This document shows positions 20,001 through 28,392 of a stretch of 39,663 nucleotides of DNA, in pieces; position 1 is the first letter of the stretch; each line of letters opens with the position of its first letter. The position numbers were made by a program, and so were the translations under genes. The stretch lies in IMG/VR virus record IMGVR_UViG_3300032323_004022; one strand, given 5' to 3'. This stretch comes from an uncultured virus (IMG/VR IMGVR_UViG_3300032323_004022) (lineage: Duplodnaviria > Heunggongvirae > Uroviricota > Caudoviricetes). The notes under the pieces are model-generated. The model made no database searches. It saw only the letters and a list, made by a program, of their open reading frames with translations, and was not told the origin of the DNA.

Positions 20001-22534
20001 CATCTGGGTTTGCTACAACATCAGCAAATATAAATGTTGTAAATGCTGCTTCTGGAATTTTCTTCCCTGTTCTTTCAAATACAGCATCTTCGGCAAGTGG
20101 CATTGGTGCATCTGTAAACGGTTTCTTCTCTTTCAATGCAACAAGTGGAGCATTTGGTGCTACTTCTGTAAATATTCTTGCTGGTCAATCTTATAGTATT
20201 AGTGGAAATAGTGTACTTTCAGCAACATCATTAGGTACTGGGGTTACTAATTCTTCTTTAACTGCTTTAGGAACAATTACTACTGGTGTCTGGGCAGGTA
20301 CATTAATAACTGCCTTTTACGGTGGAACAGGATACAATTCATATACAAAAGGTGATGTTCTTGTCGGTGCTGGTTCTACATTTATAAAATTAAATGTAGG
20401 CACTGATAATTATGTTCTGACAGCAAGTTCTTCTTCAGCTACAGGTTTGACTTGGTCTCCTACTGCTGCAACTGGAATAACTACACTTAATTCCTTAACT
20501 GCGACACAACAGTATTTTACTACTGGGACATCTGGAACTGGATTTAATATATCTTCTTCCGGCTCAACTCATACATTCAACATTCCAATAGCTGGGACTG
20601 GAGCCACGGGTCTAGTATCCACTTTAGCACAAACATTTACAGGTGCTAAAACTTTTGATACAACACTAACTGTATCAGCAACTACACCTTCTACAAGTTA
20701 TAGTTCTGGAGCACTAATAGTTGCTGGTGGAGCTGGATTTGCCGGGACAATTTACACTCAAACTGATGTAAATATTGGCAATTCAACTACAGGTAGATTA
20801 TTCTTTAGTCAAGCTACTTTAGGATCTGCTGGAACAACAGTAATTCCATCAATGGCATTTATTGGAGCAACAAATTCTCCAATAACATTATCTGTTCTTG
20901 CTGACAATTCACTTTCTTTTGATGGTAGTTCTGGACAATTATTCTCAATAAATAATAATTTGTCATCTGGTTGGATATTTGCAGTAAATGATATATCTGG
21001 TCTACCTTTATTACGTGCTAACGCTGATGGCACTGTTGCAATGGGTGAGTTTGCTGGAAATGTTGGTGTAGGGCTTTCTAATCCATCTTACAAACTCCAC
21101 GTAGTTGGAGATACTAATCTTTCATCTGGATATGTCTACAGAATAAATGGCACTTCTGTTCTTTCTGCTACATCTTTAGGAACTGGGGTTACAAATTCTT
21201 CCTTAACAGCAGTTGGAACAATTACTACTGGTACTTGGGCAGCAACTGCAATAACTGCATTCTATGGTGGAACTGGATACAATTCATACACAGTTGGTGA
21301 TTTACTAGTTGGTGCTGGATCTACTTTATATAAATTACCAATAGGAACAAATAATTTTGTTCTTACAGCAGACAATACTGCTCCTGGTGGTATAAAGTGG
21401 TCTACTGCTGCATCTACTGGCGTAACAACAGTCAACAGTCTTACAGCATCAATTCAATATTTTGCTACTGGAACTTCTGGATCAGAATTCAATATATCTT
21501 CTTCAGGTTCCACCCATACATTTAATATTCCAATAGCTGGAACTGGTGCTACTGGTCTTGTTTCTACATTAGCACAATCTTTTGCTGGTGTTAAAACTTT
21601 TACTAATGATTTAGTAGTTTCAAGTTCGACAGTTTCAACATCAACTTCAACTGGTGCATTAACTGTCACTGGTGGAGTTGGTATTGGTGGAAGTTTATTT
21701 ACTGGAACATCAACTGCAGATAGTATTTCTGGTGTAGTTTTAAATAATGGTGTAATTACTTCTGGCAGTTGGGCTGGAACATTAATAACTGCTCTTTATG
21801 GTGGAACGGGATATAACTCTTACACAAAGGGTGATTTATTAGTTGGCTCAGGAAGTACATTCATAAAACTTCCAGTGGGCATCAATAGTTATGTCCTTGG
21901 TGCAGATTCTTCGAAGCCTTCAGGAGTTGGCTGGACTACAGTAACACCATTAACAGTATCTGATACTCCTCCAACAAGTCCAAAAAATGCAGATCTTTGG
22001 TTTAACTCTGTAGATGGTGGTTTACTTGTTTATTACACTGATGTAGATACTAATCAATGGGTAGAAATTGCTCTTGGTAGTGGAATTGATTTATCACAAC
22101 CAGTTCATATAACCAACACTACACCTTCTACATCAACTTCTACTGGCGCATTGATTGTTGATGGTGGAGTAGGTGTTGCAGGAACAGTTTATGCATCATC
22201 TTTTAGTATCAACGGAATTTATGATCAAATTTCATCTACGTTAGTTACATCCGCCACCACTGCAAATCAAGTTGCGTTGTCAATAGACGCATCATCATTT
22301 AGAACAGCAAAAATGGTTGTGCAAGTAACATCTGGTTCAAATTATCATTCACAAGAAATTTTGATGGTGCACGATGATAGCCAAGTATATATGACTGAAT
22401 ATGCGATGGTCAATACTGGTGCAATTGGATCAACATTTGATGGAGATATTTCTGGTGGCAATATGAGATTTTTAGTAACACCAACAAATGCAGTAACAAC
22501 TTATAAAATTGCTTGTTCTGCTATGAGGATTTAG
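14087..22534 (+). CDS. giant repetitive tail-fibre-like protein (2815 aa)
   Basis: Uninterrupted 8.4-kb ORF, TAATG-coupled; repeated YGGTG/GDILVG, STHTFNIPIAG...KTF, TGAL.V.GGVGIGG, DKNIELG...GGGITLRG and NVGIG..NPSYKLHV modules; C-terminal RTAK..VQ...HD...YMTEY module. Confidence 0.85.
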   Translation: MSWTQQDTSFKKLQNKRITTSTGKGIDEEKGASSLELYLPDIKTDLIPGIPPNATTSILSYTGGIGQTLAVDTSVPGNLTWFATTGYGNTTTANDGSQASEAARLGDWISDKYDGFGTVPGAGYEIKVYDKNNNLITKSDNSDWLFDYQTGILAFNNNVNSYGIGISTNGPYRIVGHRYIGQKGIISAPYGGTGYTTYSLGDILVGAGSTFIKFPLGTNNLVLKVDTSSATGLTWGAAAASAISTINGLSDSTQYFATGTSGTLFNISSSGSTHTFNIPIAGAGSTGLVSTLAQTFAGQKTFTSAIIGDLTGTATTATYAYQSGYAITSGFATTASYSYESGYGITSGFAITASYSYESGYGITSGFATTASYAHQAGYAITSGSSNTSGFATTSGFATTASNFNISNASSGTFYPVLSNISSSASGIGASVNGFFSFNASTGAFAATSVNIFSGQSYSIDGNSVLSATSLGTGVTNSSLTALGTITSGVWAGTLITGFYGGTGYNSYTKGDILVGAGNTFIKLNVGTDNYVLTASSLSSTGLTWSPTAATGLTTLNGLSVGVQYLAFGYSGTVPGFSSSGSTHTLNIPLAGTGSTGLVSTQAQSFAGIKTFTNAVSITDSTGSGSYTAGALTVTGGVGIGGTLNVQGDLNVQGTFTTINSTTITVADKNIELGVVATPTDLTAEGGGITLRGATNKSINWYSGVGWSSSESFNLSSGNTYKIAGTTVLSNNTLGTGVIFSSIQTAGIITSGTWSATAITALYGGTGLVPSFTVGDILYADTSTTWGRLAANSNSGYLLASAGSGATPTYVNPATLSVGFASTATYAYQSGYAITSGFATTASNLNVSNAASGIFFPVLSNTASSTSGIGASVNGFFSFNAASGAFGATSVNILLGQSYSVGGNSVLSATSLGTGVTNSSLTSLGTITTGVWAGTLITAFYGGTGYNSYTKGDILVGSGNTFIKLNVGADNFVLTADATSASGVKWTSVAGLSITSVNGLTASAQFFSTGTSGTGFNIASSGSTHSFNIPIAGTGATGLVSTQAQSFAGIKTFTSDVIVSSTTGSTAFNTGSLTVYGGLGVSGQLSFNQAALGFTGASNPSMAFIGSTTAAPITLTVLSDNSLLWEGTSGKLFGINNNLSSGWIFNVGDISGLPIIRANADGTIAMAEFAANVGIGLSNPSYKLHVAGDTNLSSTYVYRINGTQVLSASSLGTGVTNSSLTAVGTLSTGVWAATAITAFYGGTGYNSYTKGDILVGAGSTFIKLGVGTDSYVLTANSSSSTGLTWSPTAATGLTTLNGLNVGLQYFATGTSGTGFNISSSGSTHTFNIPIAGSGATGLISTQSQTIAGQKTFTSAIIGDLTGPATTAGFAITANYAHQSGYAITSGSSNTSGFATTAGYAYQSGYGITSGFATTAGYAYQAGYGITSGFATTAGYAHQAGYAITSGFATTANYAYQSGYGITSGFATTAGYAYQSGYGITSGFATTAGYAYQSGYGITSGFATTAGYAYQSGYGITSGFATTADYAHQSGYAITSGFATTSSYSYQSGYATTSGLATTATIAQRVLSSITGQAIDLNIGLISGTALSYSSNLYYNPASGRLAALSYTGSWAGNTIASLYGGTGYATYSTGDLLVGAGSTLSKLSVGTNNFILIADSSVPGGIKWASASGLAITNINGLTASKQDLAFGYSGTVPAFSSSGSTHTLNIPLAGTGSTGLVSTQAQSFTGIKTFTNAVSITDSTGSGSYTAGALVVAGGVGIGGTLNVQGDLNVQGTFTTINSTTITVADKNIELGVVASPSDLTAQGGGITLRGATDKSLNWYSGVGWSSSENFNLASGNTFKIAGTNVLSATSLGTGVTNSSLTALGTISTGVWSATAITALYGGTGLVPSFTVGDILYANTSSTWARLTANSNAGYVLTSAGSGATPTYVAQSTLSVGLATTATYSHQSGYATTAGFATTASYAYQSGYGITSGFATTSANINVVNAASGIFFPVLSNTASSASGIGASVNGFFSFNATSGAFGATSVNILAGQSYSISGNSVLSATSLGTGVTNSSLTALGTITTGVWAGTLITAFYGGTGYNSYTKGDVLVGAGSTFIKLNVGTDNYVLTASSSSATGLTWSPTAATGITTLNSLTATQQYFTTGTSGTGFNISSSGSTHTFNIPIAGTGATGLVSTLAQTFTGAKTFDTTLTVSATTPSTSYSSGALIVAGGAGFAGTIYTQTDVNIGNSTTGRLFFSQATLGSAGTTVIPSMAFIGATNSPITLSVLADNSLSFDGSSGQLFSINNNLSSGWIFAVNDISGLPLLRANADGTVAMGEFAGNVGVGLSNPSYKLHVVGDTNLSSGYVYRINGTSVLSATSLGTGVTNSSLTAVGTITTGTWAATAITAFYGGTGYNSYTVGDLLVGAGSTLYKLPIGTNNFVLTADNTAPGGIKWSTAASTGVTTVNSLTASIQYFATGTSGSEFNISSSGSTHTFNIPIAGTGATGLVSTLAQSFAGVKTFTNDLVVSSSTVSTSTSTGALTVTGGVGIGGSLFTGTSTADSISGVVLNNGVITSGSWAGTLITALYGGTGYNSYTKGDLLVGSGSTFIKLPVGINSYVLGADSSKPSGVGWTTVTPLTVSDTPPTSPKNADLWFNSVDGGLLVYYTDVDTNQWVEIALGSGIDLSQPVHITNTTPSTSTSTGALIVDGGVGVAGTVYASSFSINGIYDQISSTLVTSATTANQVALSIDASSFRTAKMVVQVTSGSNYHSQEILMVHDDSQVYMTEYAMVNTGAIGSTFDGDISGGNMRFLVTPTNAVTTYKIACSAMRI
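15071..15232 (+). repeat. 54-bp in-frame tandem repeat, 3 full copies plus partial flanks
   Basis: Encodes SGFATTASYSYESGYGIT-type units. Confidence 0.85.
15782..21600 (+). repeat. large internal duplication (about 15782-18140 vs about 19139-21600)
   Basis: Both copies start LAFGYSGTVP.FSSSGSTHTLNIPLAG 3357 bp apart and continue with the same module order; end points approximate. Confidence 0.8.
18257..18742 (+). repeat. 54-bp in-frame tandem repeat, 9 copies (SGFATTAGYAYQSGYGIT)
   Basis: Nine consecutive 18-aa units, differing mostly at synonymous third positions. Confidence 0.93.
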
Positions 22535-22536
22535 TA

Positions 22537-25500
22537 ATGGCAATAAAGCGTAGTTTTATATTATCAAGCGGAATCGGAGTAAGTGCTGATAATCTTTTTG
22601 TTGTCAATAATACAAATTCAGTTTCATCTACCACTGGATCTATTGTATTAAGTGGAGGAATTGGTATTGGTCAGTCTGCATCTATAAGTGGTAGGTTGCA
22701 GATGTTCAATGGAGCAAATTACACTGCTTTTGTTTCTTCTGCTTCTGGCAATACAGTCTATACTTTACCAGCAACTAGTCCAGCTACAGGAAGTTCAGTA
22801 TTACAATCCACTTCTGCTGGTGTATTGAGTTGGGTGCCTATGACAGCTACAAGTGGCTCCTCTGGATTAGCCACGACTGCTGAAAATATTAATACTGTTG
22901 CAGCATCTACCAACGCAAATCATCATATTTTGTTTTCTCCAGTAAATGGAGGTAGCGGTGTAGCTGTTTCTTCTGACGCAGGACTATTATTCAATCCAGC
23001 CTCAAACACACTTACAACTAACACGTTTTCTGCAGGTGTATCTGTAGCCACAGTTGCAGCAAGTGTGTCAGGTTCTACTGCTTCAACTACAACCACAACT
23101 GGTGCATTAGTAGTTACAGGTGGAGTTGGTATAGGTCAATCTGTTTCTGTTGGTGGCAGATTGCAAATGTTCAACGGTGCTAATTACACTGCTTTTGTTT
23201 CTTCCGCTTCAGGTAATACTGTCTATACTTTACCAGCCACATCGCCAGCCACAGGATCCTCCGTTTTACAATCTGATTCCGCTGGTGTTTTGAGTTGGGT
23301 GCCTATGACTGCTACAGGTGGTGCTTCTGGTAATACTGCTCAAAATATTGTTGTAAATAGTGCTGGAAATGCAAGTGCTTTTCACCCAATTTTATTTACA
23401 CCAGCTTCCTTATCTGCTGGTTCTGCTGTTTCTAGTGATGGGACTATATCTTTCAATCCATCGACAGAAATATTAAATGTTTCTGGCTTGGCAATTACTA
23501 ATTCAACAGCATCAACATCAACATCTAATGGAGCTTTACAAGTTGCGGGTGGAGTTGGAATTTCTGGTAGATTATCGTTCAATCAAGCATCTTTTGGAAC
23601 AACTGGTATAGCTACTAATCCAACTATGGCTATGATTGGTCAAACTGGTGATCCTATCTTTATGACTGTATTGGAAGATAATTCAATTGCGTTTGAAGGA
23701 ACTCAAGGCCAATTATTTTCTATAACACCAAATCTTTCAACAGGTTATATTTATTCGGTAAATGATATCACTGGAATACCCTTAATCAGAGCAAATGCAA
23801 ATGCCAATGTAACTGCAAATGAATATGCTGGAAATTTTGGTATTGGTCTTACAAATCCTGGCTATAAATTACACGTTTTAGGTGCAGTAGGCTTTACATC
23901 TACAACTGCTTCTACATCTACAACAACTGGAACATTGGTAGTTGGTGGCGGTGTTGGAATTGGCGGATCGATATTTGGTGCTTCAACTATTTCTGCAGCT
24001 GATAATGTTGAAATTAAATCAGGAAAAGAATTAAGACTTAATAATTCAGGAAACACTTTCTACACTGGAATAAAAGCTGGAGCAAATACATCTAATACTA
24101 CATATACCTTTCCAGTAGCATTTCCAGGATCAGGTACATCAGTATTACAATCAGATACTTCAGGCACTTTAGCTTGGGTTCCAATGACGGCTACTAGTGC
24201 TGCATCTGGAAACACTGCACAAAATGTTGTTGTAAATACTGCTGGGAATGCAAATGTTTTTCACCCAATTTTATTTACACCAGCTTCATTATCTGCTGGT
24301 TCTGCTGTTTCTAGTGATGGGACTATATCGTTCAATCCATCGACAGAAATATTAAATGTATCTGGTTTGGCGATTACTTCTACAACAGCATCTACAAATT
24401 CTACTTCCGGCGCTTTGATAGTTACTGGTGGAGTTGGAATTGGCGGCAGTTTATATGTTGCTGGTGATTTGACAATAAATGGCACAACAACCACCATTAA
24501 CACAGTAACCTTGACCGTTGATGATAAAAATATTGAATTAGGTTCTGTTGCAACTCCATCGGACGTTACTGCTGAAGGTGGCGGAATAACTCTTCGTGGT
24601 GCTTCTGATAAGTCTATAAATTGGTATACAGGTACAGGCTGGTCATCATCTGAATCTTGGAATTTAGCATCAGGTAATACATATAAAATAAACAATACCG
24701 CTGTTATTTCAAATTCATCTATTGGAACAGGCATTACAAACTCTTCTCTTACTGCTCTTGGAACAATTACTACTGGTACTTGGGCTGGTTCATTGATCAC
24801 TGGTTTGTATGGTGGAACTGGATTTAATTCTTACACTAAAGGCGATATTTTAGTTGGTGCTGGAACAACCTTAATTAAACATGCTGTAGGAAGCCAAAAT
24901 CAAATCCTTATAGCAGATTTGTTTTCTGGTTCAGGTTTATCTTGGGCTGCATTTGCAAACCCAACTTATGGATCTTTCTATAGTACATCTTCTCAGCCAG
25001 TTGCTGGAGCTGGTGCAACAACACTTGCAACTTTCAATAGCACCTATGAATCAAATAGAGTATCAATCATTGGTGGTTCTGGAACATCTTCAAGAATTCA
25101 AATACAAGATTCTGGACCTTATAGTTTAACTTTCTCAGCACAAATTAATCTTACATCAGGTACTCAACCTAAAGTAGGTGATTTCTGGTTTAGAATCAAT
25201 GGACAAGATGTTCCTCAATCTAATACTCAGACAACAATTTCTGGTAAAGATTTCCAGTCAGTTATAACTATAAATTTTGTTTATACTTTTGCTACAAATG
25301 ATTATTTTGAAATAGCATTCTCTTCTAATGATTTAAATTTCAGAATTGAAGCACTAAATGGGCTGACAAATCCACAAAGACCAGATATTCCAAGTATTAT
25401 TCTTTCTGTTTTACCAGTCACTCATGTTGTAGGTGCTTCTGGTGCTGGAATAAGTGGAATTTTATCATTAAATGGATCAACATCTTCACAACAGTATTTC

Positions 25501-28350
25501 TTAACTGGAGCAAGTGGATCTGGATTCAATATTCAAACTGCTTCTGGAAATCATACTTTCAATATTCCAATTGCTGGAAGTGGGGCTACAGGTTTAGTTA
25601 CTGGAATTGCGCAAACATTTGAGGGAAGTAAGACATTCTCTGCTAGTACAATTATATCTTCATCTACAGCCTCAACTACAACTACAACTGGTGCTTTGAT
25701 AGTTTCAGGTGGAGTTGGTATCGGTCAATCTGTAAGTGTTGGTGGAAGGCTACAATTATTCAATAGCTCAAACTACACTGCATTTGTTTCTTCTGCCACT
25801 GGAAACACAGTATATACATTACCAGCAACTTCACCAGCTACAGGAAGTTCGGTATTGCAATCAACTTCTGCAGGTGTATTAAGCTGGGTTCCTATGACTG
25901 CTGGAGCTGCATCTGGAAACACTGCTCAAAATATTGTAGTAAACACTGCTGGAAATGCAAATGTTTTCCATCCAGTATTATTTACACCATCTTCATTATC
26001 TGCTGGATCTGCTGTTTCTAGCGACTCAACAATATCATTCAATCCATCAACTGAAATATTGAATGTTTCTGGTTTAGCAATCACATCTGGTACTGCTTCT
26101 ACAAATACAACTACTGGAGCATTAGTAGTAAGGGGTGGGCTTGGAGTTACTGGTCAATTATCATTTGCTCAAGCTTCATTTGGATTTACTGGTATAACTA
26201 CAAATCCTATTATGTCATTTATTGGAGCAACATCTAGTTCGCCAATAACTCTTACTGTTCTCACTGACAATTCACTTAATTTTGAAGGCTCACAAGGATC
26301 AGTATTTTCTATTGATAGTAATTTGTCTTCTGGTGAAATATTCTCTGTAAGTGATATATCTGGTTTGCCAATAATTTCTGCTTCTGCTGGTCAAACTGTA
26401 AATATAAATGAGTTTGGTGGCTTTACACAAATTGGTAATGGTTCTATAAATTCATCATCAACAACTACTGGCTCATTAGTTGTTTCTGGTGGACTAGGAC
26501 TTACTGGTAATGCAAATATTGGTGGAACTGTTAGGATAACAAATACCACAGCTTCAACTACATCTTCTTCTGGTGCATTAACTGTTTCTGGTGGTGTTGG
26601 AATTGGATTATCTGCTTCTATTGGTGGAAGACTTCTTTTATTCAACAGTTCAAATTACACAGCATTTGTTTCATCAGCTACTGGCAACACAGTTTACACA
26701 TTACCAGCTACTTCCCCAGCTACAGGCACGTCAATATTGCAATCAACTTCTGCAGGTGTAATGAGTTGGATTTCAACTGCTGGTTTAGGCGCTTCCTCAG
26801 GTGGTGCTTTAGATGGAAGTGTTCAATATAAATCTGGCAGTGGGTTTGGTGGAACAAGAAGTTTCTTGTTCAATACTACAACTAATGGCTTGAGATTAGG
26901 TAATTATCCAGGTGAAGAACTACCTACATCTACTTCTGCTGCATTATTGATTGAACAAACAATTGGTTCTTTTAACGGAAGTGTCAACGGAACACTTATT
27001 GCTGCAAATGCAATATCAGGATTTACTGGTGACTTAATAAATCTCCAAGTCAATGCTGTTACTAGATTCAAAGTTGCTGCTGATGGTGCAATTGGAACTA
27101 GTTCAGGCTTTAATGCAGGAGGAGATATAAGTGTAACATCTGGTACAAATTCATCTTCTACAACTACCGGCGCATTGCAAGTAAGAGGTGGAGTTGGAAT
27201 CACTGGTAATGCATTTATTGGTGGAACAACTACTATCACTAATGCAACTGCAAGCGTAAGCTCTTCTTCAGGTGCATTAGTAGTAGCTGGTGGTGTTGGA
27301 ATTGGACAAACATTATTCATTGGTGGAAATTTATATCAAAATACAAATGCAATAACTGCTTTTGATACTGGATTTAGAAATAGAATTATCAACGGTGACG
27401 GATTTATAGATCAAAGAAGTGATGGTTCTTCCACAACTCCCGGGGTTGGTGCTACAAATTTCATAGATAGATGGAAAATGAATGTATTTGGTTCAGGAAG
27501 ATTAACTATTGGTAAAAATTATGGAGCAATTTCATCCCCTGATGGCTTTGTATCTTACATAGGAATGAAAACTACTACAACAACTACTCCAGGAGCCAAT
27601 GATTATAATTTCTTATCACAAGTTATTGAAGGCGTAAACACTATAGATTTACAGTGGGGAACAGCCAATGCTAAACCTATTACACTATCTTTTTGGGCAT
27701 ACAGTAGTTTGACTGGTACATTTGGCGGTTCAGTTCGCAATTCTGGTACTTTTGATAGAAGTTATCCATTCACATATACAATAAGTTCTTCAAATACATG
27801 GGAGAAAAAGACAGTTGTGATTCCTGGGGACACAACTGGTACTTGGACTACAAGTCATCTTTTTGGTATAGAATTAATCTTTATTGTAGCCAACGGAACT
27901 ACATTTCAGTCATCTCCAGGGGCTTGGGCTTCTGGTAATTTTCACGGACCAACTGGTTCTTTGGCAAACTTAATTGGAACTCTAAATGCTACTTTATATC
28001 TAACGGGTATTCAAGCAGAAATAGGTTCAGTAGCTACTCCTTATGAAAGAAGAAATTATGGTCATGAGTTTTCACTTTGCCAAAGATACTATCAAATTAC
28101 TGAAGTCAGAACAGGTGGATATCATACTGCTCTAAGTTATCTTAGAGGAAGTGTCTTTTTGAATACTGCTGCAAGACCTATTAGCTCACCAGTGTTTACA
28201 GTATTGAGTACTGATGAAAGTTTTAATCATGGAACTTTAAGTGTAGACAATAGTAATTTCAGAGGAGATAGTTTTAGATATCTCGTTCAAGTCACAGTTA
28301 CAGGTGATGCTTTTGGTCAATGGAAGGTAGGTGCTGATTTTGAATTCTAA
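22537..28350 (+). CDS. giant tail-fibre-like protein (about 1937 aa) with an internal C1q/BclA-like domain and a C-terminal carbohydrate-binding-like domain
   Basis: ATG 22537 just after the upstream TAG is preferred over TTG 22513; four GRL..FN..NYTAFVSSA.GNTVYTLPATSPATG modules; globular insert YGSFYS...PSIILSV; terminal FRNRIING...DRW...LCQRYY domain. Confidence 0.82.
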   Translation: MAIKRSFILSSGIGVSADNLFVVNNTNSVSSTTGSIVLSGGIGIGQSASISGRLQMFNGANYTAFVSSASGNTVYTLPATSPATGSSVLQSTSAGVLSWVPMTATSGSSGLATTAENINTVAASTNANHHILFSPVNGGSGVAVSSDAGLLFNPASNTLTTNTFSAGVSVATVAASVSGSTASTTTTTGALVVTGGVGIGQSVSVGGRLQMFNGANYTAFVSSASGNTVYTLPATSPATGSSVLQSDSAGVLSWVPMTATGGASGNTAQNIVVNSAGNASAFHPILFTPASLSAGSAVSSDGTISFNPSTEILNVSGLAITNSTASTSTSNGALQVAGGVGISGRLSFNQASFGTTGIATNPTMAMIGQTGDPIFMTVLEDNSIAFEGTQGQLFSITPNLSTGYIYSVNDITGIPLIRANANANVTANEYAGNFGIGLTNPGYKLHVLGAVGFTSTTASTSTTTGTLVVGGGVGIGGSIFGASTISAADNVEIKSGKELRLNNSGNTFYTGIKAGANTSNTTYTFPVAFPGSGTSVLQSDTSGTLAWVPMTATSAASGNTAQNVVVNTAGNANVFHPILFTPASLSAGSAVSSDGTISFNPSTEILNVSGLAITSTTASTNSTSGALIVTGGVGIGGSLYVAGDLTINGTTTTINTVTLTVDDKNIELGSVATPSDVTAEGGGITLRGASDKSINWYTGTGWSSSESWNLASGNTYKINNTAVISNSSIGTGITNSSLTALGTITTGTWAGSLITGLYGGTGFNSYTKGDILVGAGTTLIKHAVGSQNQILIADLFSGSGLSWAAFANPTYGSFYSTSSQPVAGAGATTLATFNSTYESNRVSIIGGSGTSSRIQIQDSGPYSLTFSAQINLTSGTQPKVGDFWFRINGQDVPQSNTQTTISGKDFQSVITINFVYTFATNDYFEIAFSSNDLNFRIEALNGLTNPQRPDIPSIILSVLPVTHVVGASGAGISGILSLNGSTSSQQYFLTGASGSGFNIQTASGNHTFNIPIAGSGATGLVTGIAQTFEGSKTFSASTIISSSTASTTTTTGALIVSGGVGIGQSVSVGGRLQLFNSSNYTAFVSSATGNTVYTLPATSPATGSSVLQSTSAGVLSWVPMTAGAASGNTAQNIVVNTAGNANVFHPVLFTPSSLSAGSAVSSDSTISFNPSTEILNVSGLAITSGTASTNTTTGALVVRGGLGVTGQLSFAQASFGFTGITTNPIMSFIGATSSSPITLTVLTDNSLNFEGSQGSVFSIDSNLSSGEIFSVSDISGLPIISASAGQTVNINEFGGFTQIGNGSINSSSTTTGSLVVSGGLGLTGNANIGGTVRITNTTASTTSSSGALTVSGGVGIGLSASIGGRLLLFNSSNYTAFVSSATGNTVYTLPATSPATGTSILQSTSAGVMSWISTAGLGASSGGALDGSVQYKSGSGFGGTRSFLFNTTTNGLRLGNYPGEELPTSTSAALLIEQTIGSFNGSVNGTLIAANAISGFTGDLINLQVNAVTRFKVAADGAIGTSSGFNAGGDISVTSGTNSSSTTTGALQVRGGVGITGNAFIGGTTTITNATASVSSSSGALVVAGGVGIGQTLFIGGNLYQNTNAITAFDTGFRNRIINGDGFIDQRSDGSSTTPGVGATNFIDRWKMNVFGSGRLTIGKNYGAISSPDGFVSYIGMKTTTTTTPGANDYNFLSQVIEGVNTIDLQWGTANAKPITLSFWAYSSLTGTFGGSVRNSGTFDRSYPFTYTISSSNTWEKKTVVIPGDTTGTWTTSHLFGIELIFIVANGTTFQSSPGAWASGNFHGPTGSLANLIGTLNATLYLTGIQAEIGSVATPYERRNYGHEFSLCQRYYQITEVRTGGYHTALSYLRGSVFLNTAARPISSPVFTVLSTDESFNHGTLSVDNSNFRGDSFRYLVQVTVTGDAFGQWKVGADFEF

Positions 28351-28392
28351 TTTGAAAATGTTTAATTTTGCAATTCAGGAAATTGGCAGATA

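Noticed and set aside
9567..28350. Bacterial autotransporter, S-layer or haemagglutinin locus
   Set aside because: No signal peptides, beta-barrel, RTX/T1SS or sortase signals and no secretion genes; modules and neighbours fit phage structural genes better.
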